Part shown: one piece after another, positions 27,218 through 37,819 of the stretch
How positions within the stretch are numbered: position 1 is the first letter of the stretch
Layout: every line of letters begins with the position of its first letter
Assembly: GCF_050013435.1 (NCBI RefSeq)
Contig: NZ_JBEKFG010000002.1
Coordinates: 1,071-65,070 of the forward strand
Reading direction: 5' to 3'
Origin: Candidatus Binatus sp.
GTDB lineage: Bacteria; Desulfobacterota; Binatia; Binatales; Binataceae
Length of the DNA: 64,000 nt
The notes under the pieces: generated by a model
What the model saw: the letters and a program-made list of their open reading frames with translations, nothing else
The model's database searches: none
Told to the model about the DNA's origin: nothing
Translations under genes and position numbers: made by a program

Positions 27218-28346
27218 CTAACTGGGCACCGACGCGGCGTCGCCCTTGCGCACGCCCATCAAGTAGGCCTGGATAAACTCGTCGATCGCGCCGTCGAGCA
27301 CCGCGCCGGTGTTGCCGACTTCGACGCCGGTGCGATGGTCCTTGACCATCTGATAGGGCTGCAGCACGTACGAACGAATCTGACTACCCCAGGCAATTTC
27401 CTTTTTGTCCTTGCTGAACTTCTCGAGCTCTTCTTTTTTCTTGCGCTGCTCGAGTTCGAACAGCCGCGCGCGCAATATCTTCATCGCCATCGCGCGGTTC
27501 TTGTGCTGCGAGCGTTCATTCTGGCAGGTAACGACGATATTGGTCGGGAGATGGGTGAATCGTACCGCCGAGTCGGTCTTGTTGACGTGCTGTCCGCCCG
27601 CACCCGATGCGCGGAACGTGTCGATTCTCAAGTCGGCGGGATTGATCGTTATCTCGATCGTATCGTCAACCGCCGGAAAGACAAAGACCGACGCGAACGA
27701 GGTATGGCGCCGCGCGTTGGCGTCGTACGGCGAGATTCGCACCAGCCGATGAATCCCGGCCTCGGCCTTCAAATATCCGTACGCGAAGTCTCCTTCGACC
27801 GTGACGGTTGCGCTCTTGATTCCCGCGCCGTCGCCCGGTTGCAAGTCCGCAATCTCGGTTTTGAAGCCGCGCCGCTCGGCCCATCGCAGATAAAGGCGCA
27901 GCAGCATCTCGGCCCAGTCTTGCGCCTCCATGCCGCCGGCGCCGGGATGTATCGAAACGATCGCGCCGAGGCGATCGTGCTCGCCGCCGAGCATCAGTCG
28001 CAGTTCCTGGCGCTCGATCTCGGCTCGCGACGCCTCCAGGGCGGCTGCGCTCTCGCGCGCCGCTTCGGAATCGTCGGCGCCCTCTTCTTCGGCCATCTGC
28101 AGGAACACGCGCGCCTCGTCCAGCTTGTCGCGGAGCATCTTGTAGCCCGCCAGCTGAGCGCGGATCTGTTCCTGCTCCTTTAGGGCTGCTTGTGCGGTGT
28201 CCTGCCGATCCCAGAAGCCGGGCTTGGCGGATTGGTCGACGAGTTGGTTCTGGCGGGCAGTCAGTGCGGGGACGTCAAAGACGCCTCCCGAGCTTTTCGG
28301 CGCGGTCGTCGAACTCGGAAAGCTGCTGTCTCATGTCGCTGAGCAT
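27218..28346 (-). CDS. prfB: Peptide chain release factor 2, requires a programmed +1 frameshift
   Basis: Frame 1 reads ATG(28346) [23 protein letters not shown], then in-frame TGA at 28277-28275. A +1 shift continues [12 protein letters not shown]...MLRDKLDEA..., which is track ORF 27218..28138. That ORF contains [16 protein letters not shown], the GGQ motif [17 protein letters not shown] and the SPF motif. Confidence 0.92.
28274..28289 (-). promoter_or_regulatory. prfB: RF2 autoregulatory +1 frameshift site (internal SD-like GGGAGG, then CGT CTT TGA C)
   Basis: The minus strand reads GGGAGGCGTCTTTGAC: the slippery CTT, a TGA followed by C, and an SD-like element 3 nt upstream. This is the same architecture as the E. 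coli prfB recoding site. Confidence 0.9.
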
Positions 28347-28417
28347 CGAAAATCACACCTCACGCCGGCGCCGTCCGCCGGCCAACATCAGTATTATGTC
28401 ACGAAACGCCACTCGCA

Positions 28418-30037
28418 TTAATGGGGCCTGCCATTGGCCGGCAGCCGCGGCGATCGAACCGCCGCGACTTCAAGCGTTGCCGGGCGCGGCCATCGCCACG
28501 CGAGGATCAATCCAATCGCCGTCAGCACGCAGCAAATCTCCGCAAACAAATCGCCCACGATCGTGTACACCGTCCGCACCGGCCGCCACGACACGTCCGC
28601 CATCACCGTGCCGCGGGTGAACAACGGCGTGCGATCTGTGATTTGCCCCGACGGCTCGATGAGCGCGCTGATTCCGGTGTTCGCCACCCTTACCATCGGG
28701 ACCTTCGTCTCGACCGAGCGCATCGCCGCCATTGCGAGCACCTGGAATGGCGCCGAACTCTCGCCGTACCACGCGTCGTTGGTGATGTTCACGAGCACAT
28801 CGGCGCCCTTGTTCACTTCGCGCCGCGTAAAATCGGGAAAGATACTCTCGTAACAGATCAAAATTCCGAGTCGCGCGCCTTTGACGTCGAACAGTGTCTG
28901 CTCCTTGCCGGGAACCAAATCGCCGAAGCCTTCCACGACCCGGTTGACGAAGTAGCCGAGGATCGCACGAGCCGGAACATACTCACCGAACGGCACCAGC
29001 TCGATCTTGTCGTAATGAGCGGCCACTTCGCCCTTGCCCGACACCAGGTACGCGCGATTGTAAAATCCCAGGCGACCGTCCTGGCGTGCCAGCGCCGGTG
29101 CTCCGAACAATACCGGCTCACCGATATTGCGCGCGAGCGTGAGCAGCGCAGTGCGATACGCTGCGTCGTTTGCGAGCTCGGCGGGATATTGATCGTCGGG
29201 CTCGAACAGGAACACCGCCGCTGCCTCGGGCCAGACGATTAGGTCGGCGCCGCGCCTGGCCGCGCTCGCGGTTTCGTCCTGGTAGACTTTGTAACTCTCG
29301 GGCAGGAACTTCGGATCCCACTTGAGCGATTGCGGGATATTCCCCTGCACCATCGCGACCTTGAAACTGCCCGTGCTCCGCGCGTCCTTCAGATTGCTGA
29401 TCCGCCACGCGCCAAACCCGACCAGCGCGATCATTATCGCGGTCAACGCGCTCAGGCTGATGGTCTGCAAGCGATAGACGCCGCGGCGGAAAATCACGAC
29501 ATACACCACCGCGTTGAAGAACACGATCAGCGCCGAAATACCGTAAACGCCGGTGAATTCGGCGAATTGGATCAATTCCAGATTGCGGTAAGCCGTGTAG
29601 CCGAGCAGATTCCACGGGAAACCGACCGGGATATAGGTGCGAATCCATTCGACCGCCGTCCACGCCACCGGCATCGTGAGCACGGCCGGAATTCGCGTCC
29701 GCCGCGCGACGAATTCACCCGCCCAAATGGCAGCCGCCGTGTAGATCGCAACGATGCCCGCCAGCAGCAGCATCGGAAGGATCGCGAACTCCATTCGCAC
29801 GTCGGCGAAGTCGTGCAGTGGAATCGGAATCCAGTAGAGCGATACGACGTAAGAGGCGAAACCTTGCAGGTATGCCCACCCGAATACGCGCCGCATGCTT
29901 TCGCCTTCGATCACGTAAAAGAGCGGCACGAAGGCCACCCACGCCAGCAGTCCGTAATCGAACTTCGGGAATGCCAGTCCCAGCGCGAGACCGCTGGCTA
30001 CGGCGAGCGCCGCGCGCGTTGCATTGTTCGACGACAT
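28418..30037 (-). CDS. lnt: Apolipoprotein N-acyltransferase
   Basis: The N-terminus is multi-TM. The C-terminal CN-hydrolase domain has VWPE, KIELVPFGEYVP and ILICYES (Glu-Lys-Cys triad). I chose the start at ATG 30037 (MSSNNATRAAL); the track extension to 30214 is Arg-rich and overlaps the upstream ORF. Confidence 0.85.
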   Translation of the reverse strand: MSSNNATRAALAVASGLALGLAFPKFDYGLLAWVAFVPLFYVIEGESMRRVFGWAYLQGFASYVVSLYWIPIPLHDFADVRMEFAILPMLLLAGIVAIYTAAAIWAGEFVARRTRIPAVLTMPVAWTAVEWIRTYIPVGFPWNLLGYTAYRNLELIQFAEFTGVYGISALIVFFNAVVYVVIFRRGVYRLQTISLSALTAIMIALVGFGAWRISNLKDARSTGSFKVAMVQGNIPQSLKWDPKFLPESYKVYQDETASAARRGADLIVWPEAAAVFLFEPDDQYPAELANDAAYRTALLTLARNIGEPVLFGAPALARQDGRLGFYNRAYLVSGKGEVAAHYDKIELVPFGEYVPARAILGYFVNRVVEGFGDLVPGKEQTLFDVKGARLGILICYESIFPDFTRREVNKGADVLVNITNDAWYGESSAPFQVLAMAAMRSVETKVPMVRVANTGISALIEPSGQITDRTPLFTRGTVMADVSWRPVRTVYTIVGDLFAEICCVLTAIGLILAWRWPRPATLEVAAVRSPRLPANGRPH

Positions 30038-30039
30038 CG

Positions 30040-30594
30040 TCAGGCGGGGGAGCCAAACATCTCGGCAATCGGAATCACGCCGGCGCAGGGCGGCCGGCCG
30101 TTGAAGCGCTCGAAAATCTCGTCCACGTCCCTCCAGGTTTCGACCAGCGCAGCCGCCAGCGGTGGCTCGAACGCGAGATCGCCGGCGGCGCGCCATTCGC
30201 GCTCGAAGCTCCAATCGACCGGCGGATCCTTATCGATTTCAAGAGACACCACGCGCCAACTCTCTTCCGGAGCGAGGATTTTTTCCGCCTCGCGCCATGG
30301 CAGGTAAATAACCGGCCGCGCACCCATCGTGAAAGCATACCGCTTGTCCACCGCGATCCCGAATGGTTCATAACGGCGACGATTGCGCCGGTCGAGGATC
30401 GTGCGCAGCTCGGCAATCGGCACGTCGAACATGCAAACCGCGGGACGCGCGCCGCGGACCATTCGGCTTCCGCCGCGAATGACCCCATCCTTGAGAATCG
30501 CCACCAGGTTGTCCAGGGCAGACGCGGCCGTCGAGGCGCGCGTGAAATGCGTCAGCATCGCGACCGCGGGAATCCTGGCGGGCTCGCGTTTCAT
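30040..30594 (-). CDS. Hypothetical protein, possibly AbiGi-like; occupies the corC slot of the phoH-ybeY-lnt operon
   Basis: 184 aa with no TM. The ATG overlaps the ybeY stop (ATGA) and its stop lies 2 nt before the lnt ATG. The motifs LTHFTRA...LDNLVAILKDGVIRG, YEPFGIAVDKRYAFTMGARPVIYLP and FEREWRAAGDLAF resemble, from memory, AbiGi-type proteins. This has not been verified. Confidence 0.6.
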   Translation of the reverse strand: MKREPARIPAVAMLTHFTRASTAASALDNLVAILKDGVIRGGSRMVRGARPAVCMFDVPIAELRTILDRRNRRRYEPFGIAVDKRYAFTMGARPVIYLPWREAEKILAPEESWRVVSLEIDKDPPVDWSFEREWRAAGDLAFEPPLAAALVETWRDVDEIFERFNGRPPCAGVIPIAEMFGSPA

Positions 30595-31138
30595 CGCGGC
30601 GATTCGCGCCGGCCGGCGGTTTTGGGTTTGCGTCGATCGCCGGGAGTGCGCCGCGACCCGACGACGCCTCCTTCGCCGATCTTCACCGCCAGCGTTCGCT
30701 CGCGCGCGAACATCCGCCGCGCGTCGGATGCCGAGCGTTCGTGGTCGTAACCGATCAAATGCAAAAATCCGTGAATCAGAAGCCGGCGCAGTCGCGACGC
30801 GGGGCTCACGCGAAACTCGCGCGCATCCCGGATTGCCGTATCGATCGAGATCACCACGTCTCCGACCGGAAGCCCCGGACTGTTCTTTACGCTGCGGGGA
30901 TCCAATGGCGCGGCGCCTGCCTGCTCGATCTGCGAGAAGGAAAGAACGTCGGTGGCCGCATCGATTCCCCGGAAATCACGATTGAGCCTGCGGATCACGC
31001 GATCGCTCGTGAGCGTAAGCGACAGCTCGCAATCCGCAAGCCCCACCGCGCGCATGAGGTGGTCCGCATCGGCGCGAAGCCCGCGCGCGTAGCATCGTCC
31101 GCGCGCCGTCGCGCATCGGAACTCCACCGCCACGCGCT

Positions 31139-31142
<4 letters not shown>
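30591..31142 (-). CDS. ybeY: rRNA maturation endoribonuclease YbeY with a basic C-terminal extension
   Basis: Zinc motif HGFLHLIGYDHE. The TTG start overlaps the phoH stop (TTGA). About 35 extra C-terminal residues are rich in R/K/P/G. Confidence 0.85.
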
Positions 31143-32209
<1,067 letters not shown>

Positions 32210-32266
32210 GCGCCGACGAAGCTAATCGTAATCATTTCGCCGGTCGTATGAAAGTGGTTCCGAAAA

Positions 32267-34924
32267 CTACTGCACCAGCGCGGCGACTTTGGCCAGCGCC
32301 TCGTCGAGTTTCGACGCGTCGCGGCCGCCCGCCTGCGCGAGATCCGGCCGCCCGCCGCCGGTGCCGCCGACGATCGGCGCGATATTCTTGATGATGTCGC
32401 CCGCTTTGATCTTCGCCGTCAAATCAGCCGTCACCGCGACCAGGAGCGCCACCTTGCCCTCGCCCAAGTCGGAGCCGAGCGCGACCACGCAAGAGCCGTG
32501 CTTCTGACGCATCCGATCCGCCATCTCGCGCATCGTGCGCGGATCGACGCCGTCGAGCTTGCGCGTCACGACTTTGACGCCGCCGACGTCGCGCACTACT
32601 TCTTCGGCCTCTGCGCCGCCGGCGCCCCCACCCGCGGCCAGCTTCTGCTCCATCGCGCGGAGCTTTTTCTCCAGCTCCTTTTCGCGCGCCAGAAGTTTTT
32701 CGAGCCGCTCGACCGCCGCGCCGTCGCGCGCGCCGAGTTGCGCGCCGATTTCCTCGAGGATCTTCTCGCGCTTGCGAATCGTTTCGAGCGCGCCCTGGCC
32801 GGTCACCGCTTCTATTCGCCGCACTCCCGCCGCTACGCCCGACTCAGCTTCGAGTTTGAAAACGCCGACATCGCCGGTGCGCGAGATATGCGTGCCGCCG
32901 CATAGCTCGACCGAGAAATCGCCCATCCTGACCACGCGGACGCGGTCGCCGTACTTTTCGCTGAAAAATGCGAGCGCGCCCGCCTTGATTGCGTCGTCGT
33001 AAGCCATCTCCTCGGTCGTCACTTCGGCGTTCTCGCGGATGCGCGCGTTGATCTCTTCCTCGATCGTCGCCAGTGCGTCGTCCTTGACCGGTCCCTGATG
33101 CGCGAAGTCAAAGCGCAGCTTGTCGGGATCGACGAGCGAGCCTTCCTGATGCACGGTATTGCCCAGGATATCGCGCAACGCGTAATGCAAAATGTGCGTC
33201 GCGGAATGATTGAGCATCGCGGCGTCGCGCCTGATTCGATCGATCTTGAGCTTCACGCGCGCGCCGCGTGCGAAGTCGCCGGCCTCGCCACGGAGAATCC
33301 GCCCGACATGAACGATAGAGCCGTCGGCCTTGCGTGTGTCCGACACTTCGAGAATTGCGCCCGACGCGGTCTCGATTACTCCACGGTCTCCCACCTGCCC
33401 GCCGCCTTCGGGATAGAAGGGCGTCTCCGCGACGACGATTGCTACGTGCTCGCCGTCCTTGCCGCCGGCAGCGAGCACTTCGGACTCACCCTCGTAGCGG
33501 TGATAGCCGACGAATCGCGACGCAGTGCCGGCGCCGAGACTGATCTCCGGCGCGCCCACGTCATCTTTGCGTGCGGCGCGCCCACGCTCTTTCTGCTCAT
33601 CCATCAGCCGGTCGAACCCGGCTACATCCACGTCGACGTGATGTTCCCGAAGCACGTCTTGCGTCAGGTCTAAGGGAAACCCGTATGTGTCGTGTAGGCG
33701 AAACGCTAACTCTCCAGGAAATCTTCGGCCATGGTTTGGCTCTAGCCAGCCAGCTATTAATTCCAATCCGCGATCAAGAGTCTGATCGAAGCGGAAGGAC
33801 TCGGCAGCCGTAACCTCACCAATTTCTCCCGCTTTTTCTCGCAGTTGACGATAAGCATCGCCCATTGCTTCGACTACGCTGGTGCAAACGCCTTGCAGAA
33901 TATCGCCGTGTATCCCAAGCCTCCGGCCGTGACGAATCGCTCTACGCATAAGCCGCCGCAGCACGTACTCGCGGTCTGTATTCCCTGGCTTGATGCCGTC
34001 CGCTATCAGGAAACTGATTGCGCGCGCATGGTCCGCGATCGCTCGAAAAGAAACATTTTTCTCGGCATCAGGCCCGTACTGGACCGGCTCTCCGTAGATT
34101 TCACCTCTCAGTTCTACTTGGCGAATGATCATCTGGAACAGATCGATGTCGTAGTTGCCGAGCACCCTGCCCTGTTCCAGGCCCTGCAACACCGCTGCGA
34201 CGCGCTCCAAGCCCGTCCCCGTATCGACGTGCTTCTTCGCCAGCGGCATCAGCGCGCCCGACGCGTCGCGGTTGTATTGAATGAAAACCAAGTTGCCGAT
34301 TTCGATGAATCGCTCGCATCCATCGACGTTCACGAAACATTTCTGGCCGGCGTGATTTTTTTCAGGGTTACAGGCACCTTGACCGCGGTCGATGCTGATT
34401 TCCGAGTTGGGACCGCACGGCCCCGTCTCGCCCATCTCCCAGAAATTATCTTTGTCGCCGAATCGCAGAATCCGCTCGCGCGGCAGCACGCCCATCTTCA
34501 GCCAGATGTCTTCGGCCTCTTTGTCGTCCTTGTGAACGGTCGCGTAGAGCAGCTTCGGATCGATCTCCCAGACCTTGGTGATCAGCTCCCAATGCCATCG
34601 AATCGCTTCTTCCTTGTAATAGTCGCCGAACGACCAGTTGCCGAGCATTTCGAAAAAAGTGTGATGGTATGTGTCGCGGCCGACCGCTTCGAGATCGTTA
34701 TGCTTGCCCGAGATCCGCAGGCATTTCTGACAATCCGCGACCCGCAGGTGCTGCGGCGTGCGCACGCCCAGGAAATAATCCTTGAACTGCACCATCCCGG
34801 CGTTGGTGAACAGCAGGCTGGGATCGCCCTTGGGTATCAACGACGCCGACGGCACGATCGTATGACCGCGCGCGGCGAAGAAATCGAGAAACGATTGCCT
34901 TACTTTTGCAGTAGTCCAGCGCAT
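32267..34924 (-). CDS. alaS: Alanine--tRNA ligase
   Basis: 885 aa with FFAARGH...PSASL, FTNAGM, the editing-domain HSATHILH and CGGTH, and a C-terminal DHHA1 GGGRPDLAQAGG. Confidence 0.97.
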   Translation of the reverse strand: MRWTTAKVRQSFLDFFAARGHTIVPSASLIPKGDPSLLFTNAGMVQFKDYFLGVRTPQHLRVADCQKCLRISGKHNDLEAVGRDTYHHTFFEMLGNWSFGDYYKEEAIRWHWELITKVWEIDPKLLYATVHKDDKEAEDIWLKMGVLPRERILRFGDKDNFWEMGETGPCGPNSEISIDRGQGACNPEKNHAGQKCFVNVDGCERFIEIGNLVFIQYNRDASGALMPLAKKHVDTGTGLERVAAVLQGLEQGRVLGNYDIDLFQMIIRQVELRGEIYGEPVQYGPDAEKNVSFRAIADHARAISFLIADGIKPGNTDREYVLRRLMRRAIRHGRRLGIHGDILQGVCTSVVEAMGDAYRQLREKAGEIGEVTAAESFRFDQTLDRGLELIAGWLEPNHGRRFPGELAFRLHDTYGFPLDLTQDVLREHHVDVDVAGFDRLMDEQKERGRAARKDDVGAPEISLGAGTASRFVGYHRYEGESEVLAAGGKDGEHVAIVVAETPFYPEGGGQVGDRGVIETASGAILEVSDTRKADGSIVHVGRILRGEAGDFARGARVKLKIDRIRRDAAMLNHSATHILHYALRDILGNTVHQEGSLVDPDKLRFDFAHQGPVKDDALATIEEEINARIRENAEVTTEEMAYDDAIKAGALAFFSEKYGDRVRVVRMGDFSVELCGGTHISRTGDVGVFKLEAESGVAAGVRRIEAVTGQGALETIRKREKILEEIGAQLGARDGAAVERLEKLLAREKELEKKLRAMEQKLAAGGGAGGAEAEEVVRDVGGVKVVTRKLDGVDPRTMREMADRMRQKHGSCVVALGSDLGEGKVALLVAVTADLTAKIKAGDIIKNIAPIVGGTGGGRPDLAQAGGRDASKLDEALAKVAALVQ

Positions 34925-34991
34925 GAAGAATGCATTCTAGCCGCGGAAGGGTGAATCACTCAATTGATTGAATGTGAACCCCCCGTGGGTT

Positions 34992-35102
34992 GCAGGGGTG
35001 ACCCCTGCACCCAATGTTAAGGCCGCGCTCCGTTGTCGCGCGCGGCCCCTGCCAACGGCTTAATACTGCGCTGCCGTCGCCACGGCCAGGGGTCACCCCT
35101 GC
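34992..35102 (+). repeat. ~111-nt structured intergenic repeat, copy B
   Basis: GCAGGGGTGACCCCTGCACCCAATGTTAAGGCCGCGCTCCGTTGTCGCGCGCGGCCCCTGCCAACGGCTTAATACTGCGCTGCCGTCGCCACGGCCAGGGGTCACCCCTGC. It lies between the alaS start and the DUF445 gene. Confidence 0.85.
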
Positions 35103-35140
35103 CGGTTGGCGCGGCGCGCAAGGTCGGCCACACTGGAGCC

Positions 35141-36121
35141 ATGGATATCAGTATCGACGCGGGCACCCGCACCGGCGAGCATTTCTCCTTCACCAATTTT
35201 TTGTTTTCCCACAAAGGCGATCTGACGCTGGCTTTTTCGGCGTTCGTTTACCTGGTGAGCCTGGCAGCCCTGATGTTCACGCATTGGAGAACCTCGTCGG
35301 AGATCGCGGTCTCGATAGCGGAGGCGGCGCTGATCGGCGGCCTGTGCGACTATATCGCGCTCAAGATGATCTTCGAGCGGCGATGGTACCTGCCCAACTC
35401 CGGCGTGCTGCCGCGTAATCGCGCGAAGCTGATCGACGGAATCGCCGCCACTATCGAGAACGAATGGCTCACGCCACAGATGATCGGGCGCAAGCTGAGC
35501 GATATGGATCTCGTCGGCCGCCTCGGCTCGTATCTCCAGGAGCTCAAGCTGCACGACGTGCTGGGGCAGGCCGGTCTCGAGCGGATACTGAGCAATGCGA
35601 TCGAATATCTGGAATCGCCGGAGAAACGCGATCGCCTCGAAGCCGTCCTCAAGCGGATGCTGCCGAAGACGGTCACGCGGATCTACGCGGTGATGAATCG
35701 GCTCGGCGCGGATTCGATTGGCGCGCGTATCGCGGCGAATTTGCGCAAACGGCTGCCCGAGCTGCAAAACGACCCCGAGCTTCGCGACACGCTCGAAAGC
35801 GCGATTCACGAGTTTGGGATTCAGCTTCACGATCCCGAGAGCTACGCGAATCAATTTGCGCAGCGCTTGATCGACAACCTGGTGCGCAGGACCGTCGAAT
35901 CAAGCCGCGGTCAGATAACGCAGATGGTCCGCGAGAATCTGGCGCGGCTCTCCGACGACCAGATCAGAATTCAGATTGAATCGAAGACGCGCACGCATCT
36001 GGACTGGATTCGCGTCAACGGCGGCCTGTTCGGCGCGTTCTTCGGGCTGCTGTTCGCGCTATCGCGAATCCTTTCGCACAACGGCCCCGCAATCCTCGCC
36101 CACTTCCACCTGGCGATGTAA
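35141..36121 (+). CDS. DUF445-like membrane protein
   Basis: The ATG at 35141 is preceded by GGAG. There are TM segments near both ends, and the pattern GGLCDYIALKMIFERRWYLP...IENEWL... is typical of DUF445/YheB-like proteins. The track start at 35033 lies inside the repeat. Confidence 0.6.
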   Translation: MDISIDAGTRTGEHFSFTNFLFSHKGDLTLAFSAFVYLVSLAALMFTHWRTSSEIAVSIAEAALIGGLCDYIALKMIFERRWYLPNSGVLPRNRAKLIDGIAATIENEWLTPQMIGRKLSDMDLVGRLGSYLQELKLHDVLGQAGLERILSNAIEYLESPEKRDRLEAVLKRMLPKTVTRIYAVMNRLGADSIGARIAANLRKRLPELQNDPELRDTLESAIHEFGIQLHDPESYANQFAQRLIDNLVRRTVESSRGQITQMVRENLARLSDDQIRIQIESKTRTHLDWIRVNGGLFGAFFGLLFALSRILSHNGPAILAHFHLAM

Positions 36122-36308
36122 CCGCCAAATCGAGGTCGGGTTGCATCGACACGATTTGTTGCCTAATCTCCGCCAGTCGGAGGATCAGCAACTGTCTACG
36201 AGTGAACTAGAAAAAGCAGCTTGCGCCCCGATCCCGGTCGATTCAGGCCGCTTCAATGCACATTCAAAGTTTCCCTACGGCTGCACGGTCAGAGCGGTAC
36301 AAAAATCG

Positions 36309-36821
36309 ATGGTCGCTTTCATCGATTTCTTGGGCTTCCTGAACGGGCAGCTCAGGACCCGTGATTTGCCGCGTATTGAGATGCTCATGATGCCGGCGAA
36401 CTTTTCGAGTCTCGTTGGTGAATTCATTGTCTCGTCGATACCCAAATACTGCCCGGAACTCGTCAAGAACCGGTATCACAACGGGCATCCCGATTTGGTT
36501 CCGCACGGGCGCTACCCTGACGATCTGGTTCTACACGGCCCGGCAGGCATCGAGGTAAAGGCATCCCGTTATCCAGGCGGATGGCAAGGGCACAACGCGG
36601 AGGCATGCTGGCTCATGGTATTTGTATTCAAAGTCAACAGCTCCTCGGCGCACGACGCTGAGCCAGTACCGTTTGAATTTCGGGCCGTTTATTTGGCTAA
36701 GTTAGCGATCGCCGACTGGAAGTTCTCGGGCCGGAGTGAAACTAGCCGGCGTACAATCACTGCCGCCGTCACAAAAGCGGGTGAAGAAAAACTCAAGAGC
36801 AACTGGATTTATCTCGCCTGA
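36309..36821 (+). CDS. Putative type II restriction endonuclease (PD-(D/E)xK fold)
   Basis: Candidate catalytic motif GHPDLVP ... GIEVKAS (D ... E-x-K). It is convergent with the methyltransferase and overlaps its 3' end by 13 nt. GC is visibly lower here. The start is uncertain: ATG 36309, or TTG 36141 with GAGG 5 nt upstream. The track start at 35976 overlaps the upstream gene. Confidence 0.55.
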   Translation: MVAFIDFLGFLNGQLRTRDLPRIEMLMMPANFSSLVGEFIVSSIPKYCPELVKNRYHNGHPDLVPHGRYPDDLVLHGPAGIEVKASRYPGGWQGHNAEACWLMVFVFKVNSSSAHDAEPVPFEFRAVYLAKLAIADWKFSGRSETSRRTITAAVTKAGEEKLKSNWIYLA

Positions 36822-37819
36822 ATGGCCTTGCCGCGCGAAACTGATGGACGTTTGGGTCCATTAAACAGTCCTCCCTGACCCCTGCCGCACAGCTCATCGA
36901 CGCCCGGGATCTCTAACGCCGCGAGGCGAGGTATAGCCGAGACCGCCAGCTTGAAGTACTCAGTGTTTCGTTCAACTCCGATCGACGAGATACGAAGCGC
37001 TTCCGCGGCCGCAATTGTCGCTCCCGCGCCCATGAATGTATCGACGACGACCCCGGTTCCCAGAGGCAGAGAGGCGTAAACAAGGAGCCGCATGAAGCTC
37101 TGGGGCTTAAGGCTGGGATGATCGCCGATTTGTTTTTCCCGCGCTGGTGTGCGTTCGCTTGGAATCAGATCTTCAAAAGGATTTCCGTTCCCCAGCCGGC
37201 GCAGACCACCAGTCTGAAAATCTCGCAAGCAGTCGGCTACTCTCATTCCCGGCAGAACTGGTTTTCTGAATAAACCCCAAGGCTCATAACACCCCTTGGG
37301 AATAACGCACACGTCGGGAAATTCCTCGTGTGCGTTCTTGGGACGATCACCACCACGCAGCGTGCGAACTGTTCGCATGATTTGCCCGCGAAACTCGAGG
37401 CCACCTTTTCGGACGGCTTCGTAAAGGAGCGCCGCCACGACAGAACTAGTAGCAACAAAAACATGCCCTCCGGGCCTGAGCGCCCGAAGGATCAGCCGCG
37501 ACCAATCCTCGAAAAATTTAGACAGTCGCTTGAGTTCCAATTCTGAATGCGCGGTAAAGCGTGGTAGTGGCGCCCGGATTGAACCGTCGAAGGAAGGTGG
37601 AATTCTCCAGACTCCCCCTTTCCCGCTGGCGCGTTTCTCGAGTTCGTGGGCGTCGAATTCCTTCACGCCATAAGGAGGATCCGTTACGATCGCGTGGATC
37701 GAGTTTTCCGGTAAGCGCGCGAGCCAATCGAAGCAATCGCCATAAAGCAGTAGGGACTGACCAATCCGGTGGGACTTCAAGTCGAGTCCCAAGCTCAGAA
37801 AGCTGTCATTCAACCCCAT
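36809..37819 (-). CDS. Site-specific DNA methyltransferase, beta class (N6-adenine or N4-cytosine), PF01555-like
   Basis: 336 aa. Motif IV IVTDPPYGV lies near the N-terminus, and motif I VVDTFMGAGATIAAAE near the C-terminus is preceded by DHPSLKPQSFM. The order IV ... I defines beta-class amino-MTases. Confidence 0.85.
   Translation of the reverse strand: MGLNDSFLSLGLDLKSHRIGQSLLLYGDCFDWLARLPENSIHAIVTDPPYGVKEFDAHELEKRASGKGGVWRIPPSFDGSIRAPLPRFTAHSELELKRLSKFFEDWSRLILRALRPGGHVFVATSSVVAALLYEAVRKGGLEFRGQIMRTVRTLRGGDRPKNAHEEFPDVCVIPKGCYEPWGLFRKPVLPGMRVADCLRDFQTGGLRRLGNGNPFEDLIPSERTPAREKQIGDHPSLKPQSFMRLLVYASLPLGTGVVVDTFMGAGATIAAAEALRISSIGVERNTEYFKLAVSAIPRLAALEIPGVDELCGRGQGGLFNGPKRPSVSRGKAIQAR

Noticed and set aside
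35033-35140. The conserved peptide MSRAAPANGLILRCRRHGQG... appears at 35033, 47325 and (minus strand) 23652..23864, which could suggest a small multicopy gene.
   Set aside because: The conservation is at the nucleotide level within the 111-nt repeat, including non-coding palindromes. The reading frames continue into unrelated flanks and use TTG starts without an RBS.
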